Of a stretch of 64,000 bases of DNA, positions 24,978-34,858 are shown one piece after another (positions within the stretch are counted from its first letter, which is position 1; each line of letters begins with the position of its first letter). This DNA comes from an uncultured Gemmatimonadales bacterium (GTDB lineage: Bacteria > Gemmatimonadota > Gemmatimonadetes > Longimicrobiales > RSA9): contig CAWCUS010000006.1 in NCBI GenBank assembly GCA_963798845.1, forward strand, positions 160,001 to 224,000. The letters run 5' to 3'. Position numbers and translations under genes: made by a program. The notes beneath the pieces were generated by a model. It was not told the origin of the DNA, searched no databases, and was given only the letters and a program-made list of their open reading frames with translations.

Positions 24978-25150
24978 CACGGACGGGGTCAACCGGAAGC
25001 CGGTGAGAATCCGGCGCGGCCCCGCCACTGTGAGAGGCCTGGTCCGGCGAAACCGCCGGTCCGGACGGCGCGCTCAGGAAAGCCACTGGGGCTGCGGCCC
25101 CGGGAAGGAGAGCGTCGCCGCCTCGAGCCAGGAGACCGATCCCGCCCGTG
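24978..25150 (+). ncRNA. Cobalamin (B12) riboswitch
   Basis: GGAAGCCGGTGAGAATCCGGCGCGGCCCCGCCACTGT, GCCACTGGG...GGGAAGG, B12-box AGCCAGGAGACC; closing helix CGGACGGGGTC/GATCCCGCCCG; upstream of btu genes. Confidence 0.93.
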
Positions 25151-25244
25151 CCCGAGCAGACCCTTCGAGGGAGGGGTGCGGGCGCGCGCGGTGTCTCGAC
25201 AACCGCAGGCGGCCCGCCCCCGTACGAGGGAGGCGGGCATTTCA

Positions 25245-26351
25245 TTGCACCGGGTCGCGAACCGCTGGTCGCTGGCGCTCCTTGTCGCGTGCGTGTTGCC
25301 GATAGCGGCATGCGGCGACGGCCGGCATACCGGGAGCGCGGGCGGCTCTGGCGGCCCTGCTCCCGTCGGTGCGCCGGACGGCACCGCGGAGGCCCCCGCG
25401 TCCGATAGGGCCTCCACGCCCGGGCCCGGCGCGCCCCACTCCGTCGGCCCGATCCAGGTCACCGATCCGGCCGGCCACTCCGTCGCCATGGACCGCCCGG
25501 CACGCCGTGTCGTCTCGATGGTGCCCGCGATGACCGAGTGGATCGTGGCTTTCGGGAGCGGTGACAGGCTCGTGGCGCGGACGGACTACGACGCGGAGCC
25601 TTCGCTTTCCGGGCTCCCCTCGGTGGGCGGCGGCCTGGACCCGAGCGTGGAATGGCTCGCAGCGCGGCATCCGGACCTGGTGATCGCGTGGCCCGACGCC
25701 CCCAGCCGCTCCCTCGTCGCCCGGCTCGAGGGGCTGGGGATCCCGGTCTACACGGCCGCGGTCCAGACCGTCGAAGGCGCGTTCGGCGCCGCCCGCGACC
25801 TCGGCCGCCTCCTTGGCGAGGATTCCGCTGCGGCCGCGGTGGTGGACCGCGTCCGCGCAGGCCTCGACGCCGTGCACCGGGGGACGGCCGGCGCTCCGCG
25901 GCCATCCGCGCTCTTCGTCATCGGCCTCGACCCCCTCATGGCGGCCGGTCCCGGCACGTTCCTCGACCAGCTTCTGGAGGAGGCCGGGGCGACGAACGTG
26001 CTCGCGGACGTGAGCGTTCTGTGGCCCCAGCTGTCGCTCGAGGAAATCGTCGCCCGCTCACCCGACGTGGTCATCCTGGCGACCGCCGGCGAAGCCGCCG
26101 CATCGCGCCAGTCCGCCTCCCCGGACAAAGCCGCCTCCGCTCCGGGGAGCTCCTCCTCCCGGGATGGCGCCAGCGCCGCCCGCTCGCACGCCACCGACCT
26201 GCTCCGCGGACGGCCCGGGTGGCGTGAGATCCCTGCGGTCCGCGACGGCCGTGTCTACGCGGTGGACCCCTACGTGGTGAATCGCCCGGGTCCGCAGCTG
26301 GCCGAGTCTGCGAGGCTTCTCGCCCGCCTGGTCCACGGAAGAGACCAGTGA
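25245..26351 (+). CDS. btuF: Cobalamin-binding periplasmic lipoprotein
   Basis: Lipobox IAAC, RRVVSMVPAMTE, PSVE, GPGTFLDQLL, RPGPQL; start TTG 25245 (SD GGAGG) or GTG 25176. Confidence 0.85.
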   Translation: MHRVANRWSLALLVACVLPIAACGDGRHTGSAGGSGGPAPVGAPDGTAEAPASDRASTPGPGAPHSVGPIQVTDPAGHSVAMDRPARRVVSMVPAMTEWIVAFGSGDRLVARTDYDAEPSLSGLPSVGGGLDPSVEWLAARHPDLVIAWPDAPSRSLVARLEGLGIPVYTAAVQTVEGAFGAARDLGRLLGEDSAAAAVVDRVRAGLDAVHRGTAGAPRPSALFVIGLDPLMAAGPGTFLDQLLEEAGATNVLADVSVLWPQLSLEEIVARSPDVVILATAGEAAASRQSASPDKAASAPGSSSSRDGASAARSHATDLLRGRPGWREIPAVRDGRVYAVDPYVVNRPGPQLAESARLLARLVHGRDQ

Positions 26352-27343
26352 AGCCTCGGCCGCTCGCGGTACGCCTGCTGGTCCTGGCCGGAGTCCTGGT
26401 CGGCGCGCTCCTCCTGGCGGTCGGCGTTGGCGCCGTCCCGGTCTCGCCCGCCGCTGTCGTGCGCGCCCTCGCCGGCCACGGCGACGCCACTACCCGGACC
26501 ATCATCCTCGAGCTCCGCCTCCCGCGCGCCGCCACCGCCGTCCTCATCGGCGCGGCGCTCGGCGTGGCAGGTGCCGTCTTCCAGGCGCTCCTCCGCAACC
26601 CGCTCGCCGAGCCCTACATCCTCGGCGTGTCCGGCGGGGCCGCGGTGGCCGCGGTGGCGGTGATCGGCTTCGCCGGGGCAGCCGTGGCGCGCTGGCTCGT
26701 CCCCGTGGCCGCGTTCGCCGGGGGCGTTGGCGCGATTCTGCTCGTCTTCCGCATCGCGGCCTCGGTCGGACGGGCGCTGGACACGCGCGTGCTGCTGCTC
26801 GCGGGCGTGGTGGTGGGCGCATTCTTCAACGCCGTGATTCTGCTGCTCCTCACGCTCGCGGACGTGGAGACGTTCCGCTCGGCCATCTTCTGGATGATGG
26901 GGAGCCTGGCCTCGGCGACGTGGGGCACGGTCGTCGCCCTGACCGCGTTCACGCTCCCGGCTCTCGCCGCCCTCCTCGGTCTCTCGCGCGCGCTGAACCT
27001 CATGGCCGTCGGAGAGGAGACCGCCCTCTACCTGGGGACGCGCGTCGAGAACGTGAAGCGGGCTGCCTACCTGGTGGCGTCGCTCCTGGTGGCGTCCGGC
27101 GTGGCCGCGGCCGGGGTGATCGGCTTCGTCGGGCTCATCGTGCCCCACGCGCTGCGGCTGGTCTGGGGCGGCGACCACCGCTTCCTCCTCCCGGGCAGCG
27201 CCCTCGCCGGCGCCGCCTTCCTCCTGCTGGCCGACACCGCCGCCCGCACGGTGGCCGCGCCCGTGGAGCTGCCCGTGGGAGTGGTGACCGCTCTGGTCGG
27301 CGTTCCGGTCTTCGTCGCCCTTCTCACCAGGAGGTCGACATGA
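26348..27343 (+). CDS. btuC: FecCD-family ABC permease (B12)
   Basis: LRLPR, RNPLAEPYILGVSGGA, GVIGFVGLIVPH, ELPVGVVTALVG. Confidence 0.9.
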   Translation: MKPRPLAVRLLVLAGVLVGALLLAVGVGAVPVSPAAVVRALAGHGDATTRTIILELRLPRAATAVLIGAALGVAGAVFQALLRNPLAEPYILGVSGGAAVAAVAVIGFAGAAVARWLVPVAAFAGGVGAILLVFRIAASVGRALDTRVLLLAGVVVGAFFNAVILLLLTLADVETFRSAIFWMMGSLASATWGTVVALTAFTLPALAALLGLSRALNLMAVGEETALYLGTRVENVKRAAYLVASLLVASGVAAAGVIGFVGLIVPHALRLVWGGDHRFLLPGSALAGAAFLLLADTAARTVAAPVELPVGVVTALVGVPVFVALLTRRST

Positions 27344-28134
27344 TCTACCGCGCCCGCGGCCTCACGTACCGCTATCCGGGCGCCGCCCGCGAGGCCGTGG
27401 CCGGCGTGGACCTCGAGGTTGCCCGCGGGTCCTTCCACGCCGTGATCGGCCCCAACGGCTGCGGCAAGACGACGCTTCTCCGACTGCTCCTCGGCGCACT
27501 CCGGCCGGACGGCGGCGAGGTCCACTACGACGGTCGGGCGCTGGAAGCGTGGTCGCGCCGCGACCTCGCCCGGCGCGTCGGCGTCGTGCCGCAGACCGAG
27601 GAGCTCGTCTTCCCCCTCACCGTCGGCGAGCTGGTGGCCATGGGCCGCTATCCGCACCTCGGCCCCTGGCGGGCGGAGGGGAGGTCCGACCGCGCCGCCG
27701 TGGAGCGGGCGCTGGACACGTGCGACATTGCCGGCATGGCCGACCGCGCCGTCGGCACCCTCTCCGGCGGCGAGCGCCAGCGGGCCCGGGTCGCCCGCGC
27801 GCTGGCGCAGGAGCCCGAGGTGCTGGTGCTCGACGAGCCCACGGCGTCGCTCGACGTGAGCCACGAGATGGGGATCTTCGAGCTGGTGCGGGGGCTGGCC
27901 GATGGCGGCGTCACGGTCCTCATGGTCACGCACAATCTGAACGTGGCCGCCCGCTTCGCCGACCGGCTCCTCCTCCTCGATCGCGGGCGCGCAGCCGCGC
28001 GCGGCACCGCGGGCGAGGTGCTCCGCCCGGAGATGCTGGAGTCGGTGTACCACTGGCCCCTGACGCTACTCCGCCATCCCGGTCCCGGCCCGGACGGCGG
28101 CACGCCTCAGGTCATTCCTCTTCGACGCCCGTGA
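27340..28134 (+). CDS. btuD: ABC transporter ATP-binding subunit (B12)
   Basis: GPNGCGKT, LSGGERQR, LDEPT, VTH; ATG 27340 overlaps the btuC stop. Confidence 0.9.
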   Translation: MIYRARGLTYRYPGAAREAVAGVDLEVARGSFHAVIGPNGCGKTTLLRLLLGALRPDGGEVHYDGRALEAWSRRDLARRVGVVPQTEELVFPLTVGELVAMGRYPHLGPWRAEGRSDRAAVERALDTCDIAGMADRAVGTLSGGERQRARVARALAQEPEVLVLDEPTASLDVSHEMGIFELVRGLADGGVTVLMVTHNLNVAARFADRLLLLDRGRAAARGTAGEVLRPEMLESVYHWPLTLLRHPGPGPDGGTPQVIPLRRP

Positions 28135-28226
28135 ACTGATGTTCCAACCCGCCGTGAGCCGACCCGTGATCCCGATGCGCTTCCGACCCCTGGCGCTGGC
28201 CGGACCTGTGATCGCTGGCCCGACCC

Positions 28227-30274
28227 GTGGAGCTGGCGTGGATCGCCGTCCTCGCGCTCGCCGGAGCCCTGGCCGGCCAGCAGGGCGGCGGTCCTCGCCC
28301 TGCCCGGGACACCGTCCCGGATACGCTCCGGCTCCCGGATCTCGTGGTCACGGCCACCCGCGTCCCGCTGCCGCGCGCGGCGCTCCCCACACCGGTGTCC
28401 GTGCTTTCGGGAGAGCGCCTGCGCGAGAGCGGCGTCGAGACCGTGGCCCGGGCGCTCCGGGAAGTTCCCGGGGCGGCGGTGGTGCGTGCCGGTGCCGCGG
28501 GTGCCCAGACGTCGATCTTCCTGCGCGGCGGCGAGAGCGACTACGTGAAGGTACTGGTGGACGGCGTTCCCGTGAACGACCCGGGCGGGGCATTCGACCT
28601 CACGGACCTCACCACCGAACAGGTGGAGCGGATCGAGGTGGTGCGAGGCCCGGTCAGCGTGCTTTACGGCAGCGACGCGATCAGTGGCGTCGTCCAGCTG
28701 TTCACGCGGCGCGGGCGCGGAGCGCCCTCTCTCCTCGCCCGTCTCTCGGGCGGCGTGGGCGCTCGCCCGGACCGATCGGGGGCCGGCGACGGCTCCGGCG
28801 CAGGCGCCACGGCCGGCGCCTTCCCTTCCGGCGGCGACACGTATGGCGATGCCGAAGCGTCTGCTTCGGTGACTGGCTCCACGGGCGAGGTCTCTTACGC
28901 GTTCGGGGGAAGCCGCGCCTGGACCGATGGGCTCTACCGCTTCAACAACCACCGCGACCTCGCGACGGGGAGCGCGCGCCTGGCGTGGACTGCCGCTCCC
29001 GGGACGGAGCTCGCGGTCACCGGCAGGTTGAGTGACAGCCGTTCGGGCTTTCCCACCGATGGGACCGGCGCGCTCGTGGACCGGAACGCTCGGATCGACC
29101 GGACCCGGATCACCGGCGCCGTGGACGGGGGGATCCGGCTCTCGCGACATTCTGGAGGCGGACGTGCGCATCGGGCTCACGCGCCGGCACCAGCTGACTC
29201 TCGACGGTCCCGACGGCGGCGCGGACACGCTCGGCGTCTTCGCGTCGGAGCTGGAGTGGAACGTGGCGCGGGTGTCGGCAGACGCCCACCTGAACGCCAG
29301 GCTTCCCTGGGGGATCCTCACCGCCGGCGCGTCGCTCGACGACGCCCACGCCGACACGCGCTACCACTCCCGCAGCGAGTGGGGCGCTTCTGCCGCTTCC
29401 GCCGACTACCGCCGCAGCAGCGCCGGCTACTACGCCCAGGTCCTCGCCGAGCCAGCCGCTGACCTCCACCTTACCGCCGGCGCTCGCCTCGACTACAGCG
29501 ACACGTACGGCGCCTTCGAGACCTACCGCCTCGGCGCCACCATCGGTCTGGTCCCCGGCACCCGTCTGCGCGCAGCGGTTGGCCGCGGCTTCCGTGAGCC
29601 GGCGTTCGACGAGAGCTTCGGCAGCGGCTTCGGCGACCGCGGCAATCCGGAGCTCGCGCCGGAACGGTCGCGCAGCTGGGAAGTGGGCGTCGAGCGCGAA
29701 CTCGGGAGTGCCGCCCATCTCGCGGCGACCTGGTTCGACCAGCGCTTCGACGACCTCATACAGTTCACGTTCACCCCCCCGGCGCCGGATGCGCCCAGCT
29801 ACTTCAACGTTGGCGCCGCCGCCGCCCGCGGCATTCGAGCTCGAGGCCTCGGTCCGGTTCGGCCGCCTCGACCTGGAAGCCGGGTACACGCGCCTCCTCA
29901 CGGAGGTGCTCGACCCCGGCCTCGCCTCCGATGCCGCGTTCACCGCCGGCAGGCCCCTGCTACGCCGCCCTCCCCAGAGCGGCTCCGTGCACGCGCGCCT
30001 CGCCATTCCCGCCGGGGCGCTCACGGCCACGGTCACGGCGGCAGGGAAACGCGAGGACCTGGATTTCGGCGCCGGCTACCCGGCGCCCCGCGTGACCCTC
30101 GCCCCTTACGCCACGCTCGACCTCACGATCGAGCGACGCCTTCCGATCCCCGGCCCCGCCACCACCGCCTCCCTCGCCCTCGACAACGTCCTCGGCGCCG
30201 CCTACGAGACCGTCCGCGGGTTCCCCGCTCCCGGCCGCCTCGCCCGCCTCGGCGTGCAGGTGCGGGTGCCGTAG
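28227..30274 (+). pseudogene. btuB: TonB-dependent cobalamin receptor, split by two +1 frameshifts (real or sequencing artefact)
   Basis: LVVTATR and plug ERIEVVRGPVSVLYGSDAISGVV in frame 1; barrel GNPELAPERSRSWE in frame 2; C-terminus YETVRGFPAPGR in frame 3. Shifts near 29145 and 29834. Confidence 0.8.
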
Positions 30275-30389
30275 GTCACCGCCCGGACGCACCTCGCCCC
30301 CGTGCGGCTTCGCGGCCGACGGGGGCGAGTGATCGCGGCTCGAGCGAGGGCGCGTCGGACGATCCGATCACGCCCTCAGCGCGGCCCGG

Positions 30390-31304
30390 TCACGGCGCGA
30401 GGGCCGCAGCCGTGATGACCCAGGCCACCGTCTGGGCCTGCGCGCTGCCGAGCGTGAGCGTCTGCACGGCAGCCGGCTCGGTCGTGAACGTGACGCCAGC
30501 GGGGCCGTTCAGGGTCAGCGTGTAGTCCATGCCGGGCTGCTCGTACTGGAAGTGCGCCTCGAACACCTGGTCGCCGTCGTCGTCGGTGAACGCCGCGGTC
30601 TCCTCGTCGCCCTCCGCCGGCGTCATGGTGACGCTGAAGTCGGCCGGCGTGAACGGGCTCGGCAGCAGCGCGTCGGGGTCGGCGAGGGTGATGTCGAACC
30701 CGCCGGTCACCGAGATGTCCGCCGCGTGCACCACTGCGTGCAGGTTGTAGCGGTTCGGGTTGCCGGTCTCGTGCAGGAACGACTCGTTCACCACGAAGTC
30801 CAGCAGCAGGATCTGCTGCGTCCCGCCCGTCACGTGGAGCCCGTGCAGCAGCACCTTGATCCCCGAGTTCCCGGTGCTGGTCATGTTGATGGTGCCGGTC
30901 GGCTCACCGCACTTCGTGTAGTCCGGGGAGGACGAGAACACTCCAGCGCCCGTGATGATGCAGGCATCGCCGAGCACCACGCGCAGCTGCCCGTAGTCGC
31001 CCTCGGGCACGTCGGCGCCGGTGGCCAGGTCGGCCACGGCGCCGGCGAGGCTGGTGAGCTCGAACTCCTGATCACTGTCCTCCAGCAGGTACACGCGCGT
31101 CCCGGGCGGATCGGCCTCGCCGTCGTCGCCCTGCAGGTAGATGTCCGTGAACGTGACCCAGGCCTCCTGGATCTCGTCACCGTTCGCATCCGTCAGCTTC
31201 AGCGAAACGGTGCCGTAGTCGTTCGCCGTGGTGTTGCCATCGCAGCCGGCCAGGGGGAGAATCAAAGCCACTGCCAGCGCAGCAAGGCCGCTGGTTCGGA
31301 ACAT
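30390..31304 (-). CDS. DUF4382-domain lipoprotein
   Basis: Lipobox LAGC, LKLTDA, VPEGDYGQLRVVL, SGIKV, LLDFVVNESF. Confidence 0.75.
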   Translation of the reverse strand: MFRTSGLAALAVALILPLAGCDGNTTANDYGTVSLKLTDANGDEIQEAWVTFTDIYLQGDDGEADPPGTRVYLLEDSDQEFELTSLAGAVADLATGADVPEGDYGQLRVVLGDACIITGAGVFSSSPDYTKCGEPTGTINMTSTGNSGIKVLLHGLHVTGGTQQILLLDFVVNESFLHETGNPNRYNLHAVVHAADISVTGGFDITLADPDALLPSPFTPADFSVTMTPAEGDEETAAFTDDDGDQVFEAHFQYEQPGMDYTLTLNGPAGVTFTTEPAAVQTLTLGSAQAQTVAWVITAAALAP

Positions 31305-31423
31305 GGTGTTGCTCCCTATTCGGGTTCAGCCTTCGGCCGACCGGCGCCGCCGATCGCCGCTTCCCTCAACAGACGACTCACCCGGCAGTCGCGTCACGGG
31401 GCCACCCGACGTTCACCCGCCCC

Positions 31424-32344
31424 TCACGCGTCGCCCCCTTGCAGCATCGCCGCATAGCTCTCGTAGCGCTCCCTCTTGACCAGCCCTTCCGACAGCGCCG
31501 TGAGCACCCCGCATCCGGGTTCGTGGGTGTGGGAGCACGAACGTCCGAACCGGCAGCGCCGGGCGGGGCCCCGCATCTCGGGAAAATAGAAGTCGAGGTC
31601 CTTCGCATCGACGCCCCAGAGCCCCAGCTCCCGCAGGCCGGGGGTGTCGGCGACGTGGCCGCCGCAGGCGAGCGGGATGAGCCGCGCCGAGACGGTGGTG
31701 TGGCGCCCCTTCCCCTGCGCCTCGCTCACGTGCCCGGTGCGCAGGCCCAGGCCCGGCTGGATCGCGTTCAGCAGGCTCGACTTCCCCGCGCCGGACGGGC
31801 CGGCCAGGGCGCTCACCCGGCCGCACAGTCGTTCCCGAAGCGCTTCCACCCCCTCACCCGTGACGGCGCTGGTGTGGACGACCGGGTAGCCGATCTCCTC
31901 GTACGCGTCGAACGCCGCCCGCTGTGATGCGCTGGCCCGATCCATCTTGTTGGCGACGACGACCGCTTTCAGAGCGTTCGACTCCGCCAGCACCAGGAAA
32001 CGATCGAGCATCCGGAAGTGCGGGGCGGGGTGGACGGCGGCGAAGACAGCCACCAGCTGGTCCACGTTCGCGGCGATCGCCCTGGGCCGCCCGCTCCGGC
32101 CCGGCGCAGTGCGGACCAGCTGGCTCCGGCGTGCTTCCACGGTCTCGATCGTGTAGGCGCCGTCCGGCTGCCGCTCGACCGAGACCCGGTCCCCCACGAC
32201 CACCGCGTCGCCGGTCCGGACCTGCTGCTTGAGCCGGCCGCGCAGCACCGCGTCCACCGCCTCGCCCTGATGCAGCTCGACCTCGTACACGCCGCCGTAG
32301 GCGGAGCGCACGAGGCCGTGGTGCAAGCCGGGGCCCGGGGGCAT
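31424..32344 (-). CDS. rsgA: Ribosome small-subunit-dependent GTPase A
   Basis: NKMD, GPSGAGKSSL, GRHTT, DTPG, CRFGRSCSHTHEPGC. Confidence 0.95.
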   Translation of the reverse strand: MPPGPGLHHGLVRSAYGGVYEVELHQGEAVDAVLRGRLKQQVRTGDAVVVGDRVSVERQPDGAYTIETVEARRSQLVRTAPGRSGRPRAIAANVDQLVAVFAAVHPAPHFRMLDRFLVLAESNALKAVVVANKMDRASASQRAAFDAYEEIGYPVVHTSAVTGEGVEALRERLCGRVSALAGPSGAGKSSLLNAIQPGLGLRTGHVSEAQGKGRHTTVSARLIPLACGGHVADTPGLRELGLWGVDAKDLDFYFPEMRGPARRCRFGRSCSHTHEPGCGVLTALSEGLVKRERYESYAAMLQGGDA

Positions 32345-32360
32345 GGGGGTGCCTGGCTCG

Positions 32361-33257
32361 CTAAGCGGCGAAGCTCTCCAGCGCCGGACCCATGTCCCCC
32401 TCCCGCAGCCGCTTCAGGGCACGGTCGCGCAGCTGTCGCACGCGCTCGCGCGTCACCCCGAGCATGTTGCCGATCTCCTCGAGCGTGTGCGTCTCGCCCC
32501 CATCGAGGCCGAAATACAGCCGGAGCACCTTGGCGTCACGCGGGTTCAGCGTGTCCAGCGCGGCATCGATGTGCTCGGCCAGCAGCCGGTCCTCGACATC
32601 CTCCTCCGGCTCGGTGGCCTCGTCCAGAACGAACCGCTCGACCAGGTAGCTGTCATCCGAGTCGCCGATCGGCGCGTCCAGCCGGATCTCCGCCGCGTTC
32701 AGCGTCTGGAGGTGGCGGACCACCTCGGGCGTCAGCCTGGCCGCCTTCGCCACTTCCTCCAGGCTCGGGTCGCGACCCAGTTCCTGCTTCAACCGCTCCC
32801 GCTCCCGGAAGATGCGGGCGAGATCGCTCGCGCGGTTGAGCGGCACGCGCACGGACCGACCCTGGTTCGCCAGCGCCGCCAGGATCGCCTGCCGGATCCA
32901 CCACACGGCGTAGGAGATGAACTTCACGCCCTGCTCCGGGTCGAACTTCCGCGCGGCCGTGACCAGCCCGACGTTCCCTTCCTGAATCAGGTCCGCGAGC
33001 GACACGCCGCGGTTCTGATACTTCTTCGCGACGCTGATCACGAACCGCAGGTTGGCCCGCGCGAGCGCCATGACCGCGTCCTCATCGCCCGCCTGGGCGC
33101 GCTTCCCCAGCTCGATCTCCTCCGCCGGCGTGATCAGCTCGTGCCTGCTCACGTCGCCCAGGTATTGGTCGAGTGCGCTGGTGTCCTCGTATGTCGGACG
33201 GAACGCGCTCTTGCGCCGACGGCGCTTCTTGGAATCGGTCGCTGCCATTTCGCCCAT
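32361..33257 (-). CDS. RpoD/SigA-family sigma factor, short form (no region 1.1)
   Basis: ANLRFVISVAKKYQNRG, DLIQEGNVGL, FISYAVWWIRQ, TLEEIG..GVTRERVRQ. Confidence 0.93.
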   Translation of the reverse strand: MGEMAATDSKKRRRRKSAFRPTYEDTSALDQYLGDVSRHELITPAEEIELGKRAQAGDEDAVMALARANLRFVISVAKKYQNRGVSLADLIQEGNVGLVTAARKFDPEQGVKFISYAVWWIRQAILAALANQGRSVRVPLNRASDLARIFRERERLKQELGRDPSLEEVAKAARLTPEVVRHLQTLNAAEIRLDAPIGDSDDSYLVERFVLDEATEPEEDVEDRLLAEHIDAALDTLNPRDAKVLRLYFGLDGGETHTLEEIGNMLGVTRERVRQLRDRALKRLREGDMGPALESFAA

Positions 33258-33466
33258 CGTTTATGATCGCTCGCTGTCGGGTTGTCACGACCAGTGTCGG
33301 CCCTCGCCCGGCAACTGTATGCCTCGCAAGCCCTTTGCCGTGTGCCGATGCAGAGAAGAGCGCACCTGCACGCTCCCTGTCACTGCATCGCGGCCTCTAG
33401 TAACCCCGCTCCCTCGGCGGTGTTCCCGCCATTCCGCCGCTGCCGGAGGCTACCCGCCCGGCAGCC

Positions 33467-34057
33467 TCAATGCCCCCCCTGGCCCGCGGGGCGACCCAGC
33501 GGTCCCCCGCCCGCGCTGCCTCCCGCGCCGGTGCTGTCCGCCCCCGCCCGTGAGGGCACGGCCGAGGAGGACACGTCACGCAGCGGGTCCTGCGCCAAAA
33601 GGGTGTTGAGCGACGGCGGGGCCCGCCCGCCCCCGGGCTGCGTGAGCTGCTCCCTCAGGTCAAGCGCGGACGCCTTGAGCGTCTCGATCTCGGGTGTGAC
33701 CTGGCCGAGTGATGCGCCACGGCGCAGGCGCGCCACGATCCTGTCCGCCATGGCCTCGAGCTGCCGCACCCTGGCCTCCACGTCGTACCCCGACGCAAGC
33801 CAGTCCACGGTGCGCCGGGCGGTGAGGAGCTGGTCCGTCATGGCCTCGGCCGTGTACATCAGCGAGGCGTTCCCTGCCATCGCCGTGTCCAGCACCGCCG
33901 CGAACTCCCCCAGCTGATCCCCGAGCGTGCCCGCGCTCCGCCCGGCCACCAGCGCGGCCGCCGGCGGCGGGGTCTCCTCCGTGAGCCTGTGGTCCTGGCT
34001 CATGTTGCACGCCGCAAGCAGCATGGTCGCGGCGCACGTGGACAGAAGGCGTCTCAT
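33467..34057 (-). CDS. Hypothetical helical lipoprotein
   Basis: MRRLLSTCAATMLLAAC lipobox; the 5' part of the long track ORF is antisense to PP2C. Confidence 0.6.
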   Translation of the reverse strand: MRRLLSTCAATMLLAACNMSQDHRLTEETPPPAAALVAGRSAGTLGDQLGEFAAVLDTAMAGNASLMYTAEAMTDQLLTARRTVDWLASGYDVEARVRQLEAMADRIVARLRRGASLGQVTPEIETLKASALDLREQLTQPGGGRAPPSLNTLLAQDPLRDVSSSAVPSRAGADSTGAGGSAGGGPLGRPAGQGGH

Positions 34058-34123
34058 CACTGCCATGTCGGGCAATCCGTGTGCCGCCTTGCCCCTCGCC
34101 CCGCGCACGCCTACGCTTCGCGG

Positions 34124-34852
34124 ATGAATATCGCATTCGCCGGCCGGACCGACACGGGACGCGTGCGGGTCCGCAACGAGGACGCGCTTCTCCAGCGCCC
34201 CGAGCGGGGGCTCTTCGTCGTGGCCGACGGCATGGGCGGCCACGCGGCCGGGGACATCGCGAGCCGGATCGCCGTGGACGTCGTCGACGAGCGAACGGCG
34301 GAGTCCACCGACGACCCCGTGGCCCAGCTGACCGAGGCCGCTCTCGCTGCCCACGAGGCGATCCTCAAGGCCGCGGATGCCAACCCCGCGCTCAGCGGCA
34401 TGGGCACCACCCTGACGGCGCTGCGGGTCGTGGACGGCGACGGCTGCGCGGTGGTCCACGTGGGTGATTCCCGGGCCTACCGCTGGCACCGCGGCGCTCT
34501 CGAGCAGGTCACGCGCGACCAGACGTGGGTACAGGACCAGGTGGAGGCGGGCGCCCTTTCTCGCGCGCAGGCGCGCGTCCACCCTTTCTCCGCCATGCTC
34601 ACCTGTGCCCTCGGCATCGGTGACGCCGAGCTCGACGTGCAGGTGGTCCGCTCCGACTGTGAGCCCGGGGATGTTTTCCTCCTCTGCAGTGACGGCCTCA
34701 CTGCCGCCGTGGACGATGACGACCTCCGCTCCACCCTGGCCGAGCACGACGACCTCGGCCAGGCCGCCGCCGCGCTCGTCCGCCGCGCCAATGAAGCCGG
34801 CGGTCCCGACAACATCACGGTCGCGCTCGTCCGCATCGCCCCCGGCCACTGA
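34124..34852 (+). CDS. PP2C-family Ser/Thr protein phosphatase (Stp1-like)
   Basis: RVRNED, VADGMGGHAAG, MGTT, HVGDSRAY, LCSDGL, GGPDNIT. Confidence 0.93.
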   Translation: MNIAFAGRTDTGRVRVRNEDALLQRPERGLFVVADGMGGHAAGDIASRIAVDVVDERTAESTDDPVAQLTEAALAAHEAILKAADANPALSGMGTTLTALRVVDGDGCAVVHVGDSRAYRWHRGALEQVTRDQTWVQDQVEAGALSRAQARVHPFSAMLTCALGIGDAELDVQVVRSDCEPGDVFLLCSDGLTAAVDDDDLRSTLAEHDDLGQAAAALVRRANEAGGPDNITVALVRIAPGH

Positions 34853-34858
34853 CCCCCG

